Shown here: piece by piece, positions 8,566 to 17,697 of the stretch
Position numbering within the stretch: position 1 is the stretch's first letter
Layout: each line of letters opens with the position of its first letter
Source of the DNA: Pseudobdellovibrionaceae bacterium
GTDB lineage: Bacteria; Bdellovibrionota; Bdellovibrionia; Bdellovibrionales; JAMPXM01
NCBI GenBank assembly: GCA_021463345.1
Contig: JAJTYM010000007.1
Location: forward strand, 19,641-83,640
DNA length: 64,000 nt
Reading direction: 5' to 3'
Notes under the pieces: model-generated
The model's database searches: none
What the model was told of the DNA's origin: nothing
Seen by the model: only the letters and a program-made list of their open reading frames with translations
Made by a program: the position numbers and the translations under genes

Positions 8566-9387
8566 TCAGGGATCGCGGGGCAGGAACGATTCGACGAAGG
8601 TGTGCAGAGCGCCGACGGAGAGCGTGCCTCCCGCGTCGAGCCAATCGTTGTGGCCGGCTTCCGGCAACTCAACGAACGCGCGCAGGTCCGGGAACGCCGC
8701 GGATTGCCGACGACCCATTTCGAACGGGATGGTTTCGTCGTTCCGGCCGTGGAGGATCAGGACCGGGGCTTGGACATCCTTCGCCCATTCGTCCGCGGGG
8801 AACGGGTTTTTCAGGATCCAACCGGCGGGCAGCCACGGGAAGTGGAGGCTCGCGAGTTCGCGGATGGACGTGTACGGCGAGATCAAAATCAGGCCGTCGA
8901 CGCGCACTCGGGCGGCGGCGTAGGTCGCCACGCCGCTGCCGATCGATTCGCCGAGGAGGATCACCGGGCCGTTCGGCGCGGTTCGGCGGGCGATTTTCGC
9001 GATCTCGACGGCGACGGTCAGGATCCCGGCTTGGCTCGGCCGTCCTCCGAGGCCCGCGTAGCCAGGGTATTCGGCGAGCATCACGTCGTACGGCTGGTCG
9101 CGGAACATCTCGGCGTAAAAGGCGCGGTCACAGGCGGAACCGGCGTTCCCGTGGAAGACGACGATCGTTCCGATCGCCTCCGGTCCCTTGTGCAGGTGGT
9201 AGTGCGCGCGCCCGCCGTCGAAATCCGCCGTTTGCGGGGTCAGAGGCGCCCGTTCGCTCCCTTCGCAGAGGTCGAAACGCGAGTCGTCGGGAAAAAACAG
9301 GAAGTTGTCCTGCCGGGCCCATACGAGAGCGACGACGCCGGAGTAGAGCAAGGCCGCGATGACGGCGAAGCCGATCAGGATTTTCAT
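8566..9387 (-). CDS. alpha/beta-fold hydrolase with N-terminal membrane anchor
   Basis: The nucleophile elbow is GESIGSG, with HGNAG upstream and ...LHGRNDETIP... and ...GHND... downstream. The start ATG overlaps the recN stop (ATGA at 9384-9387). Confidence 0.85.
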   Translation of the reverse strand: MKILIGFAVIAALLYSGVVALVWARQDNFLFFPDDSRFDLCEGSERAPLTPQTADFDGGRAHYHLHKGPEAIGTIVVFHGNAGSACDRAFYAEMFRDQPYDVMLAEYPGYAGLGGRPSQAGILTVAVEIAKIARRTAPNGPVILLGESIGSGVATYAAARVRVDGLILISPYTSIRELASLHFPWLPAGWILKNPFPADEWAKDVQAPVLILHGRNDETIPFEMGRRQSAAFPDLRAFVELPEAGHNDWLDAGGTLSVGALHTFVESFLPRDP

Positions 9388-11084
9388 CGGAGCGCCCCCG
9401 TCAGGAGCTGCTCTGCGTGCGCGAGGCTCGTCTGCGTGATCTTTTCACCCGAAATGAGGCGGGCGATCTCCTTCACCCGGTCCTCCTTGCGCAGCTCGAT
9501 GACCTCGGTCTGCACCGATCTCCGGCCCTGGTTCTTTTGGATGCAGAAGTGAACGTCGCCGAAGCTCGCGACCTGCGGCAGGTGCGTGACGCAGATGACC
9601 TGCTGGCCCTTGGCGATGCTCTTGAGCTTGCGCCCGACTTTTTCGGCGGTCGGCCCGCTCACGCCGGCGTCGACCTCGTCGAACAGGTACGTGCGCGGGT
9701 GCTGACTGGCGCCGACCACCTGTTTGATCGAGAGCAGGATGCGGCTGAGTTCGCCGCCGCTGGCGAACTTGGCGAGCGGCCGGGGCGCGTCGCTCCGGCT
9801 CGAGCGCGTCATGAACTCGACCTGGCTCTGGCCGGTCGACGCCATCGCCTCCGTCGCCTCGACGTGGACGACGAATTCGACGCCCTTCATGTCGAGGTCC
9901 TTGAGCTCGTCGGCCACTCCTTTCTCAAGGAGCTTCGCGCCGTTCTCGCGGCGTTTGTGCATGTCCTTGGCGGCGGCGCGCAGTTCGGTCTCGAGCCGGG
10001 CGATCTCGGCCTCCTTTTCGCCGAGGATCTCGTCGGCGTTCTCGAGCTGGTGGACCTCGCGCTCGATCTCCTCGAGCGCGGCCAGGATCTCGCTCGCGGT
10101 CGAGCCGTACTTCTTCTGCAGTTGGCGCAAGCGGTTCAGCCGCTCCTCGAGCTCGTCGAGCCGGCCCGGGTCGGCTTCGAGCCGCTTGGCGTAGTCGCGC
10201 AGTTCGTAGCTGACTTCGTTGATCAGGGCGCGCGCTTGGCTCAAGGGATCCATGATCCGGGCGAGCTGCGGGTCGATGCCGCGCATCTCGCTCGCGCGTT
10301 GCAGGACGTAATGCAGCCGGCTGGTGACCGAATCGTCCCCGGCGTAGAGCATGTCCTCGGCCTGGTTGGCGAATTCCTCGAGCCGGGCGCCGTGCTTGAG
10401 GCGCCTGGTTTCGTTTTCGATTTCCTGCTCCTCGCCGGGGCGCAGGCCCAGCGCCTGGATCTCGTCGCGTTGGTAGACGAGGAAATCCAGGCGTTGGGCG
10501 CGGCTGCGCGCTTCCTGGCGGATCTGCTCGGTTTCGTCGCGCAGGGCCGAAACGCGCGCGAACGTCTCGGCGAACGCCGCGCGCGCCTTCCACACGCCTG
10601 TGTACTGGTCGAGGAGATCCAGGTGGTAACCGCGGCTCATGAGGTTGCGGTTCTCGTGCTGGCCCGTCATCTCGATGAGGGGCACGGCCTGGCCCGTGAC
10701 CTCCACGAGGGGCGCGACGACGTCGCGCAGGCTGGCGAGCGTCGAAAGCCCGCCGTTCAGATAGACGCGGCTCTTGTTGGTTTGCACGGACACGATCCGG
10801 CGCACGACGAGTTGGTCGTCGCCCGCGTCGATGCCCATGTCCTGCAGGCGGCGGCGGATGTCTTCGCGGCCGTTCAGGTCGAAATTCCCTTCGATCACCG
10901 CCTGCTCCGCGCCCGTGCGCACGGTTTCGCTCGCCGCTTTGTCCCCCATCAGCAGCCCCAGGCTCTTGAGCAGGATCGACTTGCCCGCGCCCGTCTCGCC
11001 GCTCAGGATGTTGAGCCCCGGCCGGAACGGGATGTGGACGTTGTCGATGATCGCGAAATTGGAAACCTTGAGTTCAAGAAGCAT
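9384..11084 (-). CDS. recN: DNA repair protein RecN (SMC-like ATPase)
   Basis: The N-terminus is MLLELKVSNFAIIDNVHIPFRPGLNILSGETGAGKSILL. A long coiled-coil forms the middle. The C-terminal segments ASGGELSRILL and LFDEVDAGVSG are present. Confidence 0.95.
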   Translation of the reverse strand: MLLELKVSNFAIIDNVHIPFRPGLNILSGETGAGKSILLKSLGLLMGDKAASETVRTGAEQAVIEGNFDLNGREDIRRRLQDMGIDAGDDQLVVRRIVSVQTNKSRVYLNGGLSTLASLRDVVAPLVEVTGQAVPLIEMTGQHENRNLMSRGYHLDLLDQYTGVWKARAAFAETFARVSALRDETEQIRQEARSRAQRLDFLVYQRDEIQALGLRPGEEQEIENETRRLKHGARLEEFANQAEDMLYAGDDSVTSRLHYVLQRASEMRGIDPQLARIMDPLSQARALINEVSYELRDYAKRLEADPGRLDELEERLNRLRQLQKKYGSTASEILAALEEIEREVHQLENADEILGEKEAEIARLETELRAAAKDMHKRRENGAKLLEKGVADELKDLDMKGVEFVVHVEATEAMASTGQSQVEFMTRSSRSDAPRPLAKFASGGELSRILLSIKQVVGASQHPRTYLFDEVDAGVSGPTAEKVGRKLKSIAKGQQVICVTHLPQVASFGDVHFCIQKNQGRRSVQTEVIELRKEDRVKEIARLISGEKITQTSLAHAEQLLTGALR

Positions 11085-11196
11085 CGGTACCCTCCCCGAG
11101 AAACCGGTCGGGAAACGGCCGCGGAGACCGACCGCGGAAGCGGACTGCGTGAACGAGCCGTGCGGACCGGGGCGGAAGGCGGCCGGGGCGGGCCGC

Positions 11197-12282
11197 TCAA
11201 TCCCGCTCGCCGAACTTCAGCTTTTCGCGCAGCAGAGTGAAGTAGTTGTGCGACGACTTGCGGATCACGAAATGCTCGCGCTCGTGACGCGTGATCGTGA
11301 CCTCGTCCCGGGGCGTGACCTCCCCGCAGTAGCGGCCGTCGATCGTCAAATCCACCGTCTTGTCGGTGGTCAAAAGCTTGAAGTGGATCTCCTGGTCGTC
11401 CGGGAAGATCAGCGGCCGGGTCGTCAGCGCGTGCGGGCAGACGGGCGTGAGCACGATCGCCCGCACGTCGGGATGCAGGATCGGCCCGCCGGCGGCGAGA
11501 TTGTAAGCCGTCGAACCGGTGGGGCTGGCGACGATCAGCGCGTCGGCCTTGATCTCGCCGACCAGGTGACCCTCGTTGTAGACCGCCAGCGAGATCAAGT
11601 GGGTGCTCGAGCCCCGTTCGATGACCGCGTCGTTGAGCGCGAGGAACGCCGCCCGGACCTTGCCGTCGCGCGCGACCGTGATCTTGAGCATCGCGCGGGG
11701 ACGGAACTCCATTTTTTTGTGGATCGTGGAGAGCACGCTCTTGTAGAGCTCCTCGACGCGCGTCTCGGTCAGGAATCCGAGCGAACCCATGTTCACGCCG
11801 AGGATCGGGATCTGCCGCCCCTCGAGGAGCTGCACGGCGCGCAGGTACGTGCCGTCGCCGCCGAGGACGATCATCCATTCGATGTCGTCGAGATTGCGCT
11901 TGGTCAGTTGCGAGCAGCCGCGGACGAGCCGTTGCCCGGGCGCGCTGTACACGCGGAATCCGTGCTCCTGCAGCCACGACGCGAGCTCTTTGGCCTGGTC
12001 GATCGCGTCCTGGGTCTGCGGGCGGTACATGATGCCGATGTTCTTGGGCGAGAACGCTTTCAGGTTCTCGGGAAGGTTCGCGCTGGAACGCTGGTCCGAG
12101 CGTTTGTGGCGGTTCGCCGCGGCCAGTGCCGGCAAGGCCTTGCGCGTGGTTCGGCGGCGTTCCTGCGCCCGACGGGTCGCTCGCTCGCGCAGCGACGCGG
12201 GCTCGCGTATCTTGTTCGCGGCGCCCCCGGGCGCCCGCGGCGCGCTCCGCCGGCTCGTTTTCCGTTTTCCCGTTTGACTCAC
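11197..12282 (-). CDS. nadK: NAD(+) kinase with an ~85-aa Arg/Lys-rich N-terminal extension
   Basis: The core begins ...NIGIMYRPQTQDAIDQAKELASWL... and contains the GGDGT motif (MIVLGGDGTYLRA). The conserved nadK-recN neighbourhood is present. The extension keeps G/C-rich third codon positions. Confidence 0.9.
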   Translation of the reverse strand: MSQTGKRKTSRRSAPRAPGGAANKIREPASLRERATRRAQERRRTTRKALPALAAANRHKRSDQRSSANLPENLKAFSPKNIGIMYRPQTQDAIDQAKELASWLQEHGFRVYSAPGQRLVRGCSQLTKRNLDDIEWMIVLGGDGTYLRAVQLLEGRQIPILGVNMGSLGFLTETRVEELYKSVLSTIHKKMEFRPRAMLKITVARDGKVRAAFLALNDAVIERGSSTHLISLAVYNEGHLVGEIKADALIVASPTGSTAYNLAAGGPILHPDVRAIVLTPVCPHALTTRPLIFPDDQEIHFKLLTTDKTVDLTIDGRYCGEVTPRDEVTITRHEREHFVIRKSSHNYFTLLREKLKFGERD

Positions 12283-12337
12283 GTTCCGATCCCCCCCAAC
12301 ACCGCCGATCGGCGGGATGCAAGTCGCGCCGCGCGCC

Positions 12338-14389
12338 TCAAATCAGGCCGTCCCGGCGCAAGAGCGCGTCGGGGTCCGGTTCGCGACCGCGGAACTTTTT
12401 GTAAAGCTCCATGGGATGGAGCGTGCCGCCCTTGGAGAGGATGTTCCGGCGGAAGCTCGAGGCGACTTCGCGGCTGAAGAGGCCTTTCTCCCTGAAGAAC
12501 TCGAACGCGTCGGCGTCGAGGACCTCGGCCCATTTGTAGCTGTAATAGCCGGCGCTGTAGCCGCCTGAGAAAATGTGCGTGAAACTCGTCGTCAGGCTCG
12601 AGCCGGGGATCCTCGGCAGCGCGCGCGCGCGCGCCGTCGCTTTCTCTTCGAACGCTTCGATGTCGTCGATCGCCGCTGGGTCGGCCGCGTGCCAGGCCAT
12701 GTCGAGAAGCCCGAAACCCAGTTGGCGCAGGGACGCGTAGCCCGCTTGGAACCTCGCCGCGCGCTTGATTTTTTCCGCGATCGCGGCCGGGATCTTCTCG
12801 CCGGTCTCGTAGTGGCGCGCGAAGAGATCGAGCGCCTCTTTTTCGAGCACCCAGTTTTCCATGATCTGGCTCGGCAGCTCGACGAAGTCCAAAAAGACGT
12901 TCGTGCCGCCGAGGGAGACGTAGGTGACGTCGGACAGCAGGCCGTGCAACGCGTGGCCGAACTCGTGGAAGAGCGTGCGCGCTTCGCCGAAGGTGAGCAG
13001 CGAGGGTTTGGTCGGCGTGGGCTTGGTGAAATTGCAGACGATGCTCGCGTGCGGGCGCTCGACCTTTCCGCCTTGCAGGCCCTGCTCGCGGAACGTCGTC
13101 ATCCAGGCCCCGCTGCGCTTGCCCTTGCGCGGGAAGAAGTCGGCGTAGAACAAGCCGACATGGCGGCCCGACCCTTCGTCGATCGCTTCGTAAGCGGTGA
13201 CGTCGGGATGGTAGGCGGGGACTCCGACGGCCGGCTTGAACTTGAGGCCGTACAGGAGCCGCGCGTGTTCGAAAGCGCCTTCGACGACGTTCTCGAGCTT
13301 GAAGTAGGGGCGCAGCGCCTCCTCGTCGAAGTCGTAGTCGCGCATCTTGAGCTTCTCGCTCCAGTACGCGTAATCCCACGGTTGCAAAGGCGCGCCCTTG
13401 AGCGCCTCGACGGCCTTCACGTCGCGTTCGGCGGCGGGGCGCGATTTCTCGACGAGGTGGTCGAGGAACTTGGTCACGCGCTCGGCCGTCTCGGCCATGC
13501 GGTCCTCGAGCACGAAGTCGGCGTGCGTCCCGTAGCCGAGGAGCGCGGCGCGCTCGTGGCGCAGGGTCGCGATGCGCTTGGCGAGCCCGCGGTTGTCGAA
13601 CTCGCCGCCCAGCGCACGCGCGTTGTGGGCGCGCCAGACCCTCTCGCGCAAATCGGCGCGATCAGAGTACTTCAGGAACGGGATGCAGCTCGGGGCTTGA
13701 AGGGTGATGACCCATTTGCCGTCGAGGCCGGCCTCCTTGGCGGTTTGAGCGGCGGCTTCGACGGCGCTTTCGGGGAGGCCGGCGAGATCCTCCTTTTTCC
13801 CGAGCGTCATCCGCCATTCGTTCACGTGCTTGAGCAAGTTGTCGGAGAACTCGACGCTCAGTCGCGCGAGCTCCTGGTCGATCTCGCGGATTTTCTCTTT
13901 CCCGGCGGCGGGCAGGAGCGCGCCGTTGCGCGTGAAATCCTTGTAAACCTTCTCGACCAGGCGGACTTGCTCGTCGTCGAGGCCGGCCGAGCGGCGGTTT
14001 TCCCAGACCGTTTTCACGCGCGCGAAGATCCCCGGGTCGAGCGAGACGTCGCTCGAGAACGAGGCGAGTTTCGGGCTGATCTCCTTGGCGAGCGCTTGGA
14101 TCCCGTCGTCGCTCTCAGCGCCGAGCAGATTGAAAAAAACCGCGGAGACGCGGCTGACCGCTTCGGGCGCCGTCTCGAGCGGCAAGAGCGTGTTCGCGAA
14201 CGTCGGTTCGTCCGCGTTCGCCTTCATCGCCTCCAGCCCGTCTTTCGCCGCCGCGATCGACGCTTCGAGAGCGGGCAGGAAATGGGATTTCCGCAGGCGA
14301 TCGAAGGGGAACGCGCCGAACGGCAGATCGGAAGGGCTCAGCAGGGGATTGGGATGTTTTTCAGACATGAGTCTGTCATTAGCACACAA
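12338..14389 (-). CDS. dcp: M3-family zinc metallopeptidase (peptidyl-dipeptidase Dcp / oligopeptidase A-like)
   Basis: The zinc site is HEFGHALH. The ~680-aa length and N-terminus NPLLSPSDLPFGAFPFDRLRKSHFLPA are typical of Dcp/OpdA. Confidence 0.9.
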   Translation of the reverse strand: MCANDRLMSEKHPNPLLSPSDLPFGAFPFDRLRKSHFLPALEASIAAAKDGLEAMKANADEPTFANTLLPLETAPEAVSRVSAVFFNLLGAESDDGIQALAKEISPKLASFSSDVSLDPGIFARVKTVWENRRSAGLDDEQVRLVEKVYKDFTRNGALLPAAGKEKIREIDQELARLSVEFSDNLLKHVNEWRMTLGKKEDLAGLPESAVEAAAQTAKEAGLDGKWVITLQAPSCIPFLKYSDRADLRERVWRAHNARALGGEFDNRGLAKRIATLRHERAALLGYGTHADFVLEDRMAETAERVTKFLDHLVEKSRPAAERDVKAVEALKGAPLQPWDYAYWSEKLKMRDYDFDEEALRPYFKLENVVEGAFEHARLLYGLKFKPAVGVPAYHPDVTAYEAIDEGSGRHVGLFYADFFPRKGKRSGAWMTTFREQGLQGGKVERPHASIVCNFTKPTPTKPSLLTFGEARTLFHEFGHALHGLLSDVTYVSLGGTNVFLDFVELPSQIMENWVLEKEALDLFARHYETGEKIPAAIAEKIKRAARFQAGYASLRQLGFGLLDMAWHAADPAAIDDIEAFEEKATARARALPRIPGSSLTTSFTHIFSGGYSAGYYSYKWAEVLDADAFEFFREKGLFSREVASSFRRNILSKGGTLHPMELYKKFRGREPDPDALLRRDGLI

Positions 14390-14487
14390 GGCCTGGGGGG
14401 AACCAGGAAAAGCCGGTGCCGTGAGGGGCCCCCGCCGCCTCTGGGGCGGAAGCGCCTAATGCTTCGCGCAATTCGCTTCGCGCTTTC

Positions 14488-15123
14488 TCAGTGGCGGACG
14501 CAGACGCCCATCGGGCTGCCGTTCATCGTCGGCATGCAGACGGCGCCGTAACCGCACTGGAGAGAGCCGACTTGGCAGGCCTGGGCCATGCCTTGATGGC
14601 AGGAGTTGGCGGTCGACAACGAGCCCCAGCCGAGTTGGTTCCAGTTGGTCGCGATCGGATCGAAACCCCAGGCGCGGTACTGGACGTTCTGGAGGTGGTT
14701 CGCGCTCACGCATGCCATGCCCGCGCTGTTGTCGCACGTGGGGACGGTTCCGGCGGGGCAGCCGCAGAAGCCGCGTTGAGGCGTCCAAGCCGGCCAGGGA
14801 GTCGAGGGCGCCCCGTGACGTTGTCCGTAGGCGGCGTTCACGCCGAAGCCGCCGCCGGCGTAGACGCCCATGCCGCCGCCGTAACCGCCGCCGGCGTAGG
14901 CGCCCATGCCGCCGCGTAGGCCGCCGCCATAACCCTGGTAGGGGAGGAAGCCGTAGTTCGCGTACGGAGTCCAGGCGGAGGAACTGAATGTGTCGAGGCA
15001 GCGTTGCGAGGGCTGCGGGACGACGGCGATCGTTTCCCCTGTCCGTTCCTCGTTCCCTTTTTTACCACAGGCGACGAGCATGACGGCGGCGAGGCCGATG
15101 ACGATGCGGGCGGCGGATGTCAT
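14488..15123 (-). CDS. lipoprotein with a Gly/Tyr repeat region and a Cys-rich C-terminal half
   Basis: The signal peptide plus lipobox is MTSAARIVIGLAAVMLVAC. The repeats are GGMGAYAGGGYGGGMGVYAGGGFG. There are 11 Cys in the C-terminal ~95 residues of the mature chain, besides the lipobox Cys and one at residue 42. Confidence 0.7.
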   Translation of the reverse strand: MTSAARIVIGLAAVMLVACGKKGNEERTGETIAVVPQPSQRCLDTFSSSAWTPYANYGFLPYQGYGGGLRGGMGAYAGGGYGGGMGVYAGGGFGVNAAYGQRHGAPSTPWPAWTPQRGFCGCPAGTVPTCDNSAGMACVSANHLQNVQYRAWGFDPIATNWNQLGWGSLSTANSCHQGMAQACQVGSLQCGYGAVCMPTMNGSPMGVCVRH

Positions 15124-15484
15124 GAGCGGGCTCCTTCAAAAATGTCTTTAGGTCCTTGTTCTTCGATTCCTGGCCTTCGAGGAGCTCGTTCACGCGCGTT
15201 GGGAGCGCGACGAACGTGGCTGGTCTTTCGGCGGGCGGCGCGGCCGAGAATTCGCTCGGGAGGCTTCCAATTTCTATGCCATTGATTTCACTCGGGAAGG
15301 TTTTTGCGGCGTGGGCAACTGTCGGCAAATACTAATGATTTCATAGAGGCCTCACGGCCGTCGGGTGCTCTTCCCGACCTCGCTTGGGAGAAGTTTCAAG
15401 GCGGCCGGCAAAATTTTCGCTTTCTCGCGCGCCGGAACGTTAAACTGGAAGCGCTCATTCCCATTCCAAGGATCAGGAGGGGCC

Positions 15485-15994
15485 ATGAAGCTCGTCGCAT
15501 TTCTGCTCGTCGTTCTTTCGTCGCCCATCCCGGCGCGCGCGGCAAAAGCCAAAACCATCAAGCTCGACGACTACACGAGTTCGGGTGTGATCACGGGGGG
15601 GACCTCCGGCACCGGCTTTTCGCTCCTGCGAGCGACCCGCCTCAAAAGAGCCGGCGGGGTCGAAGCGCTCGCCATCGCGTTCGGAGACGCGCAGGGCGAG
15701 GCTCTCGCTGGCGACCCCGGTTATTTCCACATCCAGGTCGACGACAAGAACCGGCGAATTTCCATCGATCTCGCGCAGATGCAAGTGACGGCGATCGAGC
15801 CCGATCAACTGCGCCGGATGTTCGGCGCCTCCAGGCTCGTCGCTTCGACCGAGATGACGATGGACCCGATCGACGTCGCGACGAACATTTCGCTCAAATT
15901 GCGCGCGCCCGCCGAGGCCCGGGCGAGGATCGAGTCTCGCGGCGGGGCCAGGATCCTCGTGCTCGAGATGCGGGCCAAGGGCGGCGGCGGCTGA
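15485..15994 (+). CDS. exported hypothetical protein
   Basis: AGGAGGGG RBS, then an ATG at 15485. The signal peptide is MKLVAFLLVVLSSPIPARAA. The track ORF 15365.. carries an unlikely upstream extension. Confidence 0.6.
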   Translation: MKLVAFLLVVLSSPIPARAAKAKTIKLDDYTSSGVITGGTSGTGFSLLRATRLKRAGGVEALAIAFGDAQGEALAGDPGYFHIQVDDKNRRISIDLAQMQVTAIEPDQLRRMFGASRLVASTEMTMDPIDVATNISLKLRAPAEARARIESRGGARILVLEMRAKGGGG

Positions 15995-16800
15995 TGGCGC
16001 GCCCGCGCGCGACCCGCGTCGTGACACGCCTTGTGATCCGCTTCGGGGCGGCGTTGGCGTGCGCCGGACTCGTCCCGTGCGCGTCGTCGGCGCGGGTCTT
16101 CGATTTCAAGGACGAGAGCGTCGCCACTTACCTCAAAGGCGCGTACGGCCCGTCGGCCGTCGGTTCGTCGCCCTACGCGGCTTCGTCGGGCGCGTCGACC
16201 GCTTCGTTCGATCAGGTGGTGAGGGGCAACTACAGCGGCGAGTTCGGCGCGCTGTTCGCCTCGTCCCGCTTCAATCTCCGGCTGGGCGTCGAGTTCCTGA
16301 TCCCGTCGCGCATTTCCGACGTCAAAGGAAAGGACGCGGGCGGCGCCGAGCTCTTCAACCTCGATACGCGCACGACCGCGCTGATCCCGACGCTTCACCT
16401 CGAGCTCGTCACGCATCGCGCGGCCACGTCGAAGGCGTTCGTCGGAGCCGGCGTCGGGTACGGTTACGTCAAGATGGAGAACTCCTATCGGTTCACCGCG
16501 GCCGGGTCGGCCGCTTACCCGGCCTTGGGCGACTTCACCGAGAAGGCTCAAGGGCGGGCGATCGCCTCGCACGTCTACGCCGGTTACGAGACGCTGCTCG
16601 CGGACCACGCGGCGGTCGTTTTCGACCTCGGCTACCGCCATCTGAGAGCCGCCGACCTCGCCCACCTGACGGCGGCGGACACCTTCAACGGGGCGGTCTC
16701 GAGGGGAGAGCCGGTGCGCAAGTCCGACGGCGCCGCGCGCGGGATCGACCTCAGCGGCGGTTACGCCGGCCTCGCGCTGCGGTTTTACATCGGTTTGTGA
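15994..16800 (+). CDS. putative outer-membrane beta-barrel protein
   Basis: The ATG overlaps the upstream TGA (TGATG at 15992-15996). A signal peptide ...RFGAALACAGLVPCASSA is present. Alternating aromatic/aliphatic strands are visible (...AFVGAGVGYGYVKMEN..., ...VVFDLGYRHL..., ...GYAGLALRFYIGL at the C-terminus). The track ORF 15304.. is an alternative-frame extension. Confidence 0.6.
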   Translation: MARPRATRVVTRLVIRFGAALACAGLVPCASSARVFDFKDESVATYLKGAYGPSAVGSSPYAASSGASTASFDQVVRGNYSGEFGALFASSRFNLRLGVEFLIPSRISDVKGKDAGGAELFNLDTRTTALIPTLHLELVTHRAATSKAFVGAGVGYGYVKMENSYRFTAAGSAAYPALGDFTEKAQGRAIASHVYAGYETLLADHAAVVFDLGYRHLRAADLAHLTAADTFNGAVSRGEPVRKSDGAARGIDLSGGYAGLALRFYIGL

Positions 16801-16842
16801 CCCGCCCGCCGCCGCGCCGCTCGTTCGGTTCCGCTTGTCGGT

Positions 16843-17697
16843 TCAATCGCCGGCTCGTCCGTTGGTTCGTGCGGGGCCTTCTCCGCCGGTGGACGGGTCG
16901 TAGACGATCCCGTCCAGGCCCGGTCGACCTCGCGCCGCCTTGGCGGCGAGGTCCGCGGCCTGAGCCTCCCGCAGGTCGATGCGGCGGATCTTGCGGGCGC
17001 GGGAGGGGTCGCTCAGATCCACGCCGACGGCGAGTTCGATGTATTTTTCGGTCAGCACGATCCGTTCGACGCCGAGGCCGATGAAGTCCGCCGTGAGCCG
17101 GTCGGCGATCGCTTGGACCATCCGGATGGGGATCCCCGGGAGCTTCAGCAGATCGCCGATGAGCGGGATGCGGCGGAAGATGCCGAGGAAGCTTTCGTTG
17201 AGTTGCGCGAGATCGATCGGCGAGACCGGCACCGGAGCCACCTTGATCTCGGCGTCGTTGAAGATGTCGCCGAAGATCGTGCCGAGGCTCGACGGGTCCA
17301 GGTGGTGTCCTCTCATGACGTACACGGTGAGTTCGCGCGTGCCGGCGCCCGTATCGGCCCTGGCGCAGGCATAGAGCACATGGCGGCTGCGCGTGACCTT
17401 GACGCCGAAGATCGGCAGAGGGAGCAGGGCGTACGTCGCGTCCTCGAGCGGGCGGTAAAACGCCTCGTGCACCGCGCGCACGCCGGCCGGTCGGCCCCCT
17501 TCGGGCGAAGCGGCGCGGACCGAGTTGCCGATGACCAGGCGATCGGGGAGCGAGCTGTCGGATGAGGCGAAATCCCTCAGGAGAAGCGTCGCCGTCGCGT
17601 CGAGACGCGATGGCGGGATCCGGCAATCCGACGGTTCCTGGGCGAGCGCGGCGGTCGCGGACAAAAAGAGGGCGAGCGCGGCGGCGGAGCGGGTCAT
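16843..17697 (-). CDS. exported hypothetical protein (third gene of a three-gene operon)
   Basis: The ATG at 17697 overlaps the stop of the upstream gene (ATGA). The signal peptide is MTRSAAALALFLSATAALAQE. The 17698-18162 part of the track ORF is Arg-rich read-through in another gene's alternative frame. Confidence 0.6.
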   Translation of the reverse strand: MTRSAAALALFLSATAALAQEPSDCRIPPSRLDATATLLLRDFASSDSSLPDRLVIGNSVRAASPEGGRPAGVRAVHEAFYRPLEDATYALLPLPIFGVKVTRSRHVLYACARADTGAGTRELTVYVMRGHHLDPSSLGTIFGDIFNDAEIKVAPVPVSPIDLAQLNESFLGIFRRIPLIGDLLKLPGIPIRMVQAIADRLTADFIGLGVERIVLTEKYIELAVGVDLSDPSRARKIRRIDLREAQAADLAAKAARGRPGLDGIVYDPSTGGEGPARTNGRAGD

